Shown here piece by piece: positions 57,062 to 64,000 of a stretch of 64,000 bases of DNA. This DNA is from an uncultured Candidatus Saccharibacteria bacterium. GTDB taxonomy: Bacteria; Patescibacteriota; Minisyncoccia; UBA6257; UBA9933. Within the stretch, counting starts at the first letter, position 1; the number at the start of each line of letters is the position of its first letter. The notes under the pieces were generated by a model. The model was not told the origin of the DNA, made no database searches, and saw only the letters and a list, made by a program, of their open reading frames with translations. The stretch spans positions 88,895 through 152,894 of the forward strand of contig CAYVOL010000001.1 in NCBI GenBank assembly GCA_964453135.1, read 5' to 3'. The translations under genes were made by a program, and so were the position numbers.

Positions 57062-57070
57062 GGCACACTG

Positions 57071-57205
57071 TTCGGAAAGTGTCATTCTAAGTCCCGTCTT
57101 TCCATTCCTCTGTCATTCTGAGTCCCGCTAAGCGGGACGAAGAATCTCATACCGCGGTAATTTCCGGGATGCTGAGCCCCCGCCGTGGCGGGAGCTCAGC
57201 ATGAC
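57071..57205. repeat. REP-like composite element
   Basis: GTCATTCT units with GAAGAATCTC and CTCAGCATGAC; inner GC hairpins. Confidence 0.85.
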
Positions 57206-57365
57206 CGGCATTATAAATCAGCGTTGTTAAACGACACATGACAGGTTGACTTTTACGGTAAAATCTTGTTGACTTATATTAGAACAGGGCACTGGAGATT
57301 CTTTCGGAATCCTCCACTTTATTAGCTCTTAAACCCAAACACACTCGCAGAAAGGAGAAAGCGGC

Positions 57366-57947
57366 ATGAAAAGAGACGTGAAGGAAGGACTGCTGGGAGC
57401 AGTAGTGGGAGCGGCGGCGGTTTTGATAGGAGAACAGCTCCTGAAAAAAGCCGGCGCGGCAAGCGCGTCCGGCAACGAGTTTTCCGCGGATATAGCCCGC
57501 GCGAAACTTCAAGACGCCCTTCGACGTCTTGAGGCAAAGAACAAAACCGCGTACCAACGACTGCAAGAAAGGCAAAGGCAGTCGGAGGATCCAGGAAAGT
57601 TCGCCGGTTCACTGAGCAAACTCGTCGTCGCCTTTGACGACAACCCCGAAACGCTTCTAGAAATGCTGGAATGGGCAGGGATGATGGAAGAGCAGGAGTT
57701 CAGCGCTTTTCTTGAAGGCCTAAGCTACGAGCCTTTCGTCTATGTTCTCAAGCGCGCCGGCGTCTATGCCAAAGTCATCTGGGAGAAACTTTATTCCAAT
57801 AGCCCAGATGCGCCGGGGATTCTGCAGAAGATGGATAGGGGGCTCAATCAGCAACTTGGCCCTTTCCTGGAAAGATGGGGAGCAAGCGTCCAGGTGAGAC
57901 AAGACGCCCGAAGGCAAAGGATGGATTCCAGAAGATTCGTCTGGTAA
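57366..57947 (+). CDS. Hypothetical helical protein, paralog of 59126..59752
   Basis: SD AAGGAG; N-terminal hydrophobic helix; ends RRQRMDSRRFVW. Confidence 0.85.
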   Translation: MKRDVKEGLLGAVVGAAAVLIGEQLLKKAGAASASGNEFSADIARAKLQDALRRLEAKNKTAYQRLQERQRQSEDPGKFAGSLSKLVVAFDDNPETLLEMLEWAGMMEEQEFSAFLEGLSYEPFVYVLKRAGVYAKVIWEKLYSNSPDAPGILQKMDRGLNQQLGPFLERWGASVQVRQDARRQRMDSRRFVW

Positions 57948-58136
57948 TTATCGGATTTGCCGAATATTCATAAAAGGCATATAGCACTTATAATATTATA
58001 TCTTAATCATATTGTGGGAGTTTCTTACTCTTTCAGGCTTTAAAATAGCGAGCCCGCCGCTATTATCTGAAGGAGTTTTTTGTTTGTCTTGATTTTATAC
58101 CTGACACTTGTTGCTTGCTTATAGAAGATGACGCGA

Positions 58137-58285
58137 TTCGGAAGTGTCATCCTGAGCCCCGTCTTTCTAATTCTTCTGTCATTCTGAGCCCGCCAACTGG
58201 CGGACGAAGAATCTCGTACTGCGACAGAACCAGGGGATTCTTCGTCCCCCGCGCCATGGCGGGGGACTCAGAATGACTTTCCAAA
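58137..58285. repeat. REP-like composite element (homologous to 57071..57205)
   Basis: Same left arm TTCGGAAGTGTCAT...CCCGTCTTT...TGTCATTCTGAG; ends CTCAGAATGAC. Confidence 0.85.
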
Positions 58286-58467
58286 CGACGCATGCGGAAA
58301 AAGTCAACCCCGTATATAGCAAATCTGCGCAGATTTGCTATGTGTAAGGTTGACTTTTTCATTAAAATATGCTTTTATAATAGCACGTTCTTCACAATAA
58401 AATATTGGATGATTGCGAACGAATAAGAATATAGATGACAACAACCAACAATGAAAGGAGGGTGGCC

Positions 58468-59115
58468 ATGGCCGACAAGCGACAACAGAGAGGACAAAGG
58501 AAGGAATTTCCGGTAAGGATTTTCCTGAAAACCTTATCCCCGCGAAAAGCGGGCGACGTCTATGAGGTGACCGCGGTGGCAACCGTGGTCAAAGGTAAGT
58601 TTCCTCAAGACGGCGTTGCTGTCCAGTTTTTCGTGGACGGCTCGCCGAAAGATTCTGTTGTCGCCGCCGAAAATGGCGGCCGGGCCCTCAAACGGCTTTT
58701 CTTTGAGAAGGAGGGGTTGTACCTGGTTGAAGCCAGAGTAAGCGACCCCAACCTTCCTGGCAACTATGTTGCCAGCGCTGAGGTCAATATCACGGCGGAG
58801 AAGAAAGATCCGCCAAAGCCGGTGGCAGATCTTCTTGTCCGGACATACCAGCTGTCTGCTGGAAAGTTCCGGTTTGAGATTCAGCCGCTGACTGAAAGCG
58901 GCAAGGTGGCTATTGGCGCGGTGGTAGAGATTTTTGACCCCGCGCTTCCTGAGCCGACACGGCAGGCGCTTGAGAAACCCACGGATACGATTTTGTATAC
59001 AGCTGAGGTTTCTCAAAAGGAGAAGTCCAAGACTATCCATTTCTGGGTGATCGGGACCAAGATTGTCAAAAACAAAACAATCTACAACGCCAATGCCGTG
59101 AAGCGTCAGGCGTAA
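58468..59115 (+). CDS. Hypothetical beta-rich (Ig-like) protein
   Basis: SD AAGGAGG before ATG 58468; alternating beta patterns (VAVQFFVDG, GLYLVEARV). Confidence 0.8.
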   Translation: MADKRQQRGQRKEFPVRIFLKTLSPRKAGDVYEVTAVATVVKGKFPQDGVAVQFFVDGSPKDSVVAAENGGRALKRLFFEKEGLYLVEARVSDPNLPGNYVASAEVNITAEKKDPPKPVADLLVRTYQLSAGKFRFEIQPLTESGKVAIGAVVEIFDPALPEPTRQALEKPTDTILYTAEVSQKEKSKTIHFWVIGTKIVKNKTIYNANAVKRQA

Positions 59116-59125
59116 GGAGAGAAAG

Positions 59126-59752
59126 ATGCCACTGGCGAATATTTGGGAATTCCTGGTAAGTGATATTGGCGGGGCTGTGGTGTGGGATGAAGTTCTGAAA
59201 CCCATCCTGAAAGGAGCCGTTGAAAAACACGGCGACAAGATGGGTCAAGTAGTCTACGACAAGTTTTTCACGGACAAAATCCGCGCAAAACTGCAAGACT
59301 ACTTCCGCCTCCTCAGCGAAAGAGGAGAAAGCGGAAGGGCCGCCTACCAGCGGCTAAGGGCCCGCCAGGAAAGGCATCAACGCGACAACACGGAAAATTT
59401 CTTCGTCGAAATGTTGGGGAAAGTTGTCTTGACTTTCGACGGAGAGGATCCCGAGGCCGCCCTGGACATTTTGGAATGGGCTGGAGCGATGAGCGACGAC
59501 GAGTTCAACGCCTTTCTTGAGGCGTTAAACCATGACGCGTTCTTGCAAGTCCTGAAGCGCCTCGGGGGGCACATTAGGTTTGTCTGGAGTAGAATTTACT
59601 CCAGCGACCTGAACGCGCCGGGACTCTGGCAACGCACGAATCAAAGCGTTGACCAGTGGGCAAACCCCTTCCTGAATAGGTGGGAAGGTAATTTACGCGC
59701 GCGACAACAGGAACGCCGACAGCGAATGGACGCCAGACGATTTGTCTGGTAA
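59126..59752 (+). CDS. Hypothetical helical protein, paralog of 57366..57947
   Basis: SD AAGGAG; ends RRQRMDARRFVW. Confidence 0.85.
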   Translation: MPLANIWEFLVSDIGGAVVWDEVLKPILKGAVEKHGDKMGQVVYDKFFTDKIRAKLQDYFRLLSERGESGRAAYQRLRARQERHQRDNTENFFVEMLGKVVLTFDGEDPEAALDILEWAGAMSDDEFNAFLEALNHDAFLQVLKRLGGHIRFVWSRIYSSDLNAPGLWQRTNQSVDQWANPFLNRWEGNLRARQQERRQRMDARRFVW

Positions 59753-59778
59753 ACCGATATCAAGCAAGGGAGGAAGTC

Positions 59779-60738
59779 ATGCATAGCATACTGCAAGCGT
59801 TGTGGTTTTTAGTTCAAGAAGTATGGGAGATAGCCGGCGCAGGCGTGGAGTTCACCCAGGTTATTACGAGGGTGAACAGCCACGGCCTCAGCGACCGGCA
59901 GATTTACCTCGCTGGCTTGAGACGCCTGGCGATTCTCGTTATCGTATTGCCCATCCCGCTCTTGGGAGCCAGCATTTGGCTCGGCGGGAGCTGGGCGGCA
60001 TCCGCGGGGATGATCTGGGCAGTCGCTTTTCTCTTGTTGTCTTTGGTCGCCGCCCCGATCGGGATGATTGTGGCGGCCCTGGGCAGTACAACGAGGGAGA
60101 GCGGGGAAAAATATGTGCGGGTTGTGCTATCAGTAGTATTTTCAGAACTGCTGGTAGCATTCTTCCTAGCTGTAGTGCCGATCAGAAATAATATATCGGC
60201 GCTACCCCTGCTAGCGTTGTGCGCGTTTATCATCATCCTTGCCGGAATGAAATTCCTCCGGAAAGGTTTGGTGATTGCGGCAGTGGCGGCATTTGCCCTG
60301 CTGGTGTTTTCGTTCTTCTTCCCAAGGACGTTTGAGCAGAAGATTGCTCCGTCCTTTGAGCGGTTAGATACCCAGATGGCGGCGGCGCCACCCGTGGCGA
60401 CTTCTGCGCCAGCGCAGCAACCCGTTACCGCGGCGCTTCCATCTCCGGCAAGGATTTATCCTAACTACAAGTTCGACCTTGTGGATAGGATTGAAGTTCC
60501 CCTATTGCCGGCTGGGCAAGTGCTTCCGCATGAGGCCGGGGGGTGGGTTATCCTCCCGATGGGAGCGCGCTACCGAGTAGACTACGATACGCCGGTCGTC
60601 ATTGAGTATAATGACGGCCGGAGATTCATACGCCGGCCCAATGAACCCGCGTTTGACGGGGTTCAGCCGGGCAACGGCATTTTCCGTCTTTACGGAGAAA
60701 ACGGCCAAAAAGCCGTTGTAACCATCCGCAAGGACTAG
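59779..60738 (+). CDS. Hypothetical multi-TM protein with Pro/Ala linker and C-terminal beta domain
   Basis: SD GGGAGG; about 5 TM helices, AAAPPVATSAPAQQP linker. Confidence 0.85.
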   Translation: MHSILQALWFLVQEVWEIAGAGVEFTQVITRVNSHGLSDRQIYLAGLRRLAILVIVLPIPLLGASIWLGGSWAASAGMIWAVAFLLLSLVAAPIGMIVAALGSTTRESGEKYVRVVLSVVFSELLVAFFLAVVPIRNNISALPLLALCAFIIILAGMKFLRKGLVIAAVAAFALLVFSFFFPRTFEQKIAPSFERLDTQMAAAPPVATSAPAQQPVTAALPSPARIYPNYKFDLVDRIEVPLLPAGQVLPHEAGGWVILPMGARYRVDYDTPVVIEYNDGRRFIRRPNEPAFDGVQPGNGIFRLYGENGQKAVVTIRKD

Positions 60739-60769
60739 TTCTTTTTATCGGAAAGGAGGTGATTAATAA

Positions 60770-60804
60770 CCCCCATTGTTCGCGAGAGCAATGGGGGCGT
60801 TTTT
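60770..60804 (+). terminator. Intrinsic terminator of the ORFan operon
   Basis: CCCCCATTGTTC-GCGA-GAGCAATGGGGG followed by a T-run. Confidence 0.8.
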
Positions 60805-60837
60805 ATTTTAAGCCAGACAAGTTTTGTTTATTTAAAA

Positions 60838-60881
60838 AGATTCATCGCCCCCCGCCATGGCGGGGCGGGGCTCGGAATGAC
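60838..60881. repeat. REP-like half element
   Basis: AGATTCATCG-CCCCGCCATGGCGGGG-CTCGGAATGAC. Confidence 0.75.
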
Positions 60882-60938
60882 GACAAAATTTCAGAGAACT
60901 ACGCGCCACTTAATCGCAATGCGAAAAGCGTTAAAGAA

Positions 60939-61334
60939 TTACACGCCTCTTAAAACGCTATCAACAAAATCAGGCAAACCGTAAGCCACGAGTCCTATGG
61001 CTATGGCAATCACTGCCCAAAGCAAGGCCTGCTTCGCCTTATCATAATTTTTAGGGTCTGTCGCGCCAAACAAAAAAAGATAGGCGGCGTAAAAAACAAA
61101 ACCAATGGCGAAAATCCAGAAAGCGGTGGCAAACCATTTTAAAAGATTGCGAAAAAGACCCAAAACGCTTCCGCTTCCCCCTTCAACTTGAATAATAGGG
61201 CTATTTCCGGGGCCGGGAGGGCTCACTTGAGTAACACTAACATTATCAGCAAAAGAATGGCGCGGCGCTACTATGAAATACGCGGCTGTAATAACGATAG
61301 AAAAAATGAAAAACAAAGAAATAAGATTTTTCAT
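60939..61334 (-). CDS. VirB2/TrbC-like pilin 1
   Basis: Signal peptide, variable linker, TM-G..D....KAK..L.WA.I-TM core. Confidence 0.8.
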   Translation of the reverse strand: MKNLISLFFIFSIVITAAYFIVAPRHSFADNVSVTQVSPPGPGNSPIIQVEGGSGSVLGLFRNLLKWFATAFWIFAIGFVFYAAYLFLFGATDPKNYDKAKQALLWAVIAIAIGLVAYGLPDFVDSVLRGV

Positions 61335-61351
61335 AAAGATTCTCTTTATCG

Positions 61352-61462
61352 GTCATTCCGAGCCTAGCCACGGCGGGGTGAGGAATCTTGACAGATTCTT
61401 CGCCCGCCTCCGCCCAGCCACAACGGGGTCATAGTGGGGGCGGAGGCGGAACTCAGAATGAC
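61352..61462. repeat. REP-like nested element between pilin genes
   Basis: GTCATTCCGAG...GGAATCT / AGATTCTTCG...CTCAGAATGAC. Confidence 0.85.
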
Positions 61463-61476
61463 AATTTACCTTAATA

Positions 61477-61791
61477 TTATGGATTAAGAATGCTCTGAAT
61501 AAGCGCTGGCAAGCCGTAAACTAAAATTCCAACTGCCATTGCGATAATGGTGTAAAGCAATGCCCTTTTTGCCTCATCGTATTTTTTCGCATCCTGAGCG
61601 CTGAACAAAAAAAGATAGGCGGCGTAAAAAGCAAAGCCGATGGCAAAAATCCAAAAAGCGGTGGCAAACCATTTTTGGAATCGGTCTAAAATCGTAATGA
61701 CCTGCTGCAAATTTTGCGGCCCTCCGCCATCGGCTAAGGCGACAGAAAAAGGAATTATTAAAAGTGATACGGCAACAAAAAATTGAGACAT
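61477..61791 (-). CDS. VirB2/TrbC-like pilin 2
   Basis: KWFATAFWIFAIGF.FYAAYLFLF core shared with pilin 1. Confidence 0.8.
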   Translation of the reverse strand: MSQFFVAVSLLIIPFSVALADGGGPQNLQQVITILDRFQKWFATAFWIFAIGFAFYAAYLFLFSAQDAKKYDEAKRALLYTIIAMAVGILVYGLPALIQSILNP

Positions 61792-61919
61792 AATTTAAAA
61801 ATTTAAAAGTATCGCGGAATGATTATTGAAATGCGCCAAACAATATCGTTATCGTTGCCGACTCCGTTTGCGGGTGAAATAACCGGCGCAAAAGCGGAGA
61901 CGGCAACAATTTTTTAAGT

Positions 61920-62297
61920 TTATTGCCCTTTAAGAAACTGATCCACCAAGAAAGGCAACCCGTAAGCCATTAAACCTATGATTATGGCGATAACGGCGTA
62001 AATCAAAGCGGTCTTTCCTTTCTGATGGCCGTCTTTGGAATGCGAAGCGAACAAAAACAGGTAAGCGGCGTAGAAGATATACCCCACGGCAAAAATCCAG
62101 AAAACAGTGGCAATCCATTTCAGAATAGTTCTGAGAAGTTCTAATGTGCTATTCACACTGCCTATTTTATATCCGGGATTTGTTAGTGGAGCCGTTACCG
62201 GATTTCCTATATTAGCCGTTTCAGCCGCGGCTCCCAAAGGAAAAACCGAAACCGCCGTTAAAGCCAGCAGCAAAACAAAAAATATCTTATTTCTCAT
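61920..62297 (-). CDS. VirB2/TrbC-like pilin 3
   Basis: KWIATVFWIFAVG..FYAAYLFLF...KGKTALIYAVI. Confidence 0.8.
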   Translation of the reverse strand: MRNKIFFVLLLALTAVSVFPLGAAAETANIGNPVTAPLTNPGYKIGSVNSTLELLRTILKWIATVFWIFAVGYIFYAAYLFLFASHSKDGHQKGKTALIYAVIAIIIGLMAYGLPFLVDQFLKGQ

Positions 62298-62366
62298 ACA
62301 ATTTATCTCAGTTAACGTTTTCTCAATTAACGACCTTTGAATTGTTTCCAGTATAACACATCATCC

Positions 62367-62678
62367 TTAAACTGTCAGCAATTCTCTGATAATTGCCACG
62401 ATTCCGTAAGCGCACCAGATAGCGGCGTAGCCGATAATCGCCCATTTCAGAGCGTTTGTTCCCTTTTTATATTCTTCGGGTTTGCCTCGGGAAAGAAGCA
62501 TCTGAAAAGCCGCGTAAATAACCATTATAACAAACACAAGAGTAAAAAGACCCATACCGGTGCTGATTACTTTCTGCAAGATATCATTCAAATCATTCCT
62601 GCCAAGAGGATTATAAATTCCGCTGCCCGTGCCGCCTTCCGTTTGAGCTAAAACTTTTTGAATGAGAAGATTTAACAT
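62367..62678 (-). CDS. VirB2/TrbC-like pilin 4
   Basis: VLAQ, NPL, YAAFQMLLSRGKPEEYKKG..ALKWAIIG. Confidence 0.8.
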   Translation of the reverse strand: MLNLLIQKVLAQTEGGTGSGIYNPLGRNDLNDILQKVISTGMGLFTLVFVIMVIYAAFQMLLSRGKPEEYKKGTNALKWAIIGYAAIWCAYGIVAIIRELLTV

Positions 62679-62694
62679 TTTAAGTGAGAGTTAT

Positions 62695-62879
62695 GGCGCT
62701 GTTTGAAAACTTCGACAGAATCAGCTTCTGTTTTTGTCATTCTGAGCCCTCCGCCGTGGCGGGGGCGAAGAATCTCTTGATTTTACATTAGCACGAGATC
62801 CTTCGCTTCGCTCAGGATGACATGATGGATTCTTCTCCGCCGGCTGACGAATTCAGGATGACGGTTTTCGAACAACGCC
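62695..62879. repeat. REP-like composite bounded by imperfect 16-bp inverted repeats
   Basis: GGCGCTGTTTGAAAAC ... GTTTTCGAACAACGCC enclosing three REP half-units. Confidence 0.8.
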
Positions 62880-62884
62880 GAGAA

Positions 62885-63298
62885 TCATTGACAATTAATA
62901 CTGTTCCATGGTCCTAATCCTGGCCCGAGAACAGCCGGACCGCCGCCCAATGACGCGCCCATTAAAATTTTAATCGTAGTATCAATTATGAGCCAAGCGG
63001 CTAAAATAATTACAAAGCCGACAAGCGCCGTGCGAATGGTTTTTAACCCGCTTTGATATAAGGGCGGGTTGGCTCCGGCCACCAACATTTTAATTCCTCC
63101 CCAGACCATAAACGCCACAGCCAAAGAAGCGGCGATTCCTAAAACAAAATTATAAACATTTTGAAACAGCTTAAAAAAATTACAGAAGGTGCACATCGCT
63201 CCGCTTCCTCCGGGCCCGCAAGGCACCAAGGCGGCGCTGGCGGCGTTGACTGTTAAAAAGAAAAATAAAATTGCGGCGACAGTAAAAACGAAATTCAT
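62885..63298 (-). CDS. VirB2/TrbC-like pilin 5, Cys-containing type
   Basis: LVPCG...CTFC, GGIKMLVAGANP...ALVG..IILAAWLII, terminal WNSINC. Confidence 0.85.
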   Translation of the reverse strand: MNFVFTVAAILFFFLTVNAASAALVPCGPGGSGAMCTFCNFFKLFQNVYNFVLGIAASLAVAFMVWGGIKMLVAGANPPLYQSGLKTIRTALVGFVIILAAWLIIDTTIKILMGASLGGGPAVLGPGLGPWNSINCQ

Positions 63299-63358
63299 TA
63301 TGTAATTTAGTTGTAAGATTCCGTAGCGTTGTTTACGCTTTTCATCGTTGTTTTTGAT

Positions 63359-63490
63359 TGTCATTCTGAACGTTTTCGTCATCCTTCGCCCCCCGCCATG
63401 GCGGGGGGCGAAGGATCTCGCAAGATTCTTCGCTACGTTTAGAATGGCAAATGGATTCTTCGTCCGCCAGTTGGCGGACTCAGAATGACA
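63359..63490. repeat. REP-like composite element upstream of pilin 5
   Basis: GTCATTCTGA / GTCATCCTTCG[CCCCCCGCCATGGCGGGGGG]CGAAGGATCT ... CTCAGAATGAC. Confidence 0.85.
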
Positions 63491-63598
63491 ACGGGGCGTC
63501 AGAAATGTAATGGTCAATGTTTGAAATACAAACAACACTCTGATTTCTTACAAATTTAGTTTATCATTTTGCGCGCAATAGGGCAATCCCTTAGTTGA

Positions 63599-63668
63599 CT
63601 TTTAGCTTCTGGCTTTTAGCTTTTAGTTTTAATTCTACATTCTAAATCCTATATTCTATCCAATCTAG
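63599..63668. repeat. Degenerate 7-nt tandem repeat
   Basis: CTTTTAG CTTCTGG CTTTTAG CTTTTAG ... TTCTACA TTCTAAA TCCTATA. Confidence 0.7.
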
Positions 63669-63672
63669 TGAT

Positions 63673-63999
63673 TTATCCGTTCTTCAACATTTTCAGCATT
63701 TTCTCCAGCGGCCAAGCATTAATTATATCCGCTTTCTTCGCCCAGCCGCGCCGAGCTTGGCTTATGCCCCACTTCAAATAATTCATATGGGAAACAGAGT
63801 GGGCGTCGGAGTCAATGGACAATTTTACTTTCGCCTCTACGCACTTTCTGATATGAGAATCTTTGAAATCAAGGCGGTCCGGATATGCGTCTATTTCCAA
63901 AACTGTTCCGGTTCTTCTGGCGGTTTTGATAATTTCCTCCATATCCACATCAATAGCCGGCCGCTTATTGATTATCCGGCAAGTAGGGTGAAAAATAAT
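63673..63999 (-). CDS. polX: PHP domain of DNA polymerase X, C-terminal part (5'-truncated by the window edge)
   Basis: IIFHPTCR...LEIDAYPDRLD, IDSDAH, ARRGW. Confidence 0.85.
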   Translation of the reverse strand: MIFHPTCRIINKRPAIDVDMEEIIKTARRTGTVLEIDAYPDRLDFKDSHIRKCVEAKVKLSIDSDAHSVSHMNYLKWGISQARRGWAKKADIINAWPLEKMLKMLKNG

Positions 64000-64000
64000 G

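Noticed and set aside
57980-58012. dif site
   Set aside because: Only a loose AT-rich resemblance to the XerC/XerD consensus
60939-63298. Conjugative T4SS locus or true integron
   Set aside because: No virB4, virD4 or relaxase; spacers lack evident attC R-box organisation; the recombinase lacks an obvious IntI insertion
25992-63490. CRISPR array
   Set aside because: The repeats are dispersed, variable in length and palindromic, with no regular repeat-spacer period and no cas1/cas2
63299-63538. 80-aa N-terminal extension of pilin 5
   Set aside because: It is a translation of the REP element; the signal peptide begins at 63298

Overview
A 64-kb chromosomal window that looks like a Patescibacteria (CPR, probably Parcubacteria) genome in genetic code 11. 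The taxon is inferred from a short IF2, secE-nusG-rplK without rplA, VirB2/TrbC-like pilin paralogs, and core genes lacking Shine-Dalgarno (SD) sites. Core genes include scpA, rplK, nusG, secE, gyrB, def, fmt, typA, tatD, a cysteine desulfurase, a Xer recombinase, rbfA, infB, murF, ddl, htrA, clpB, a beta-CASP nuclease, a transketolase subunit and a polX fragment. There are nine tRNA genes. Accessory content: (1) a ~13-kb GC-richer copper/thiol-redox island just downstream of tRNA-Gln, with a P1B ATPase, a CsoR-family repressor with two near-identical operator-promoters, CcdA, a SCO-like protein, DsbA, many Cys-motif unknowns and two candidate leader peptides; (2) a DedA-GT2 / GT9 / PAP2 cluster in which GT9 is broken by one in-frame TGA; (3) self-contained ORFan islets with strong SD sites and boxA-like leaders; (4) an uncharacterised three-gene operon with a duplicated paralog; (5) an array of five pilin genes separated by palindromic elements. 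Several families of short palindromic or MITE-like elements are dispersed through the window, nested in one another and inserted in-frame into core proteins. All calls come from reading motifs by eye; no database search was run.
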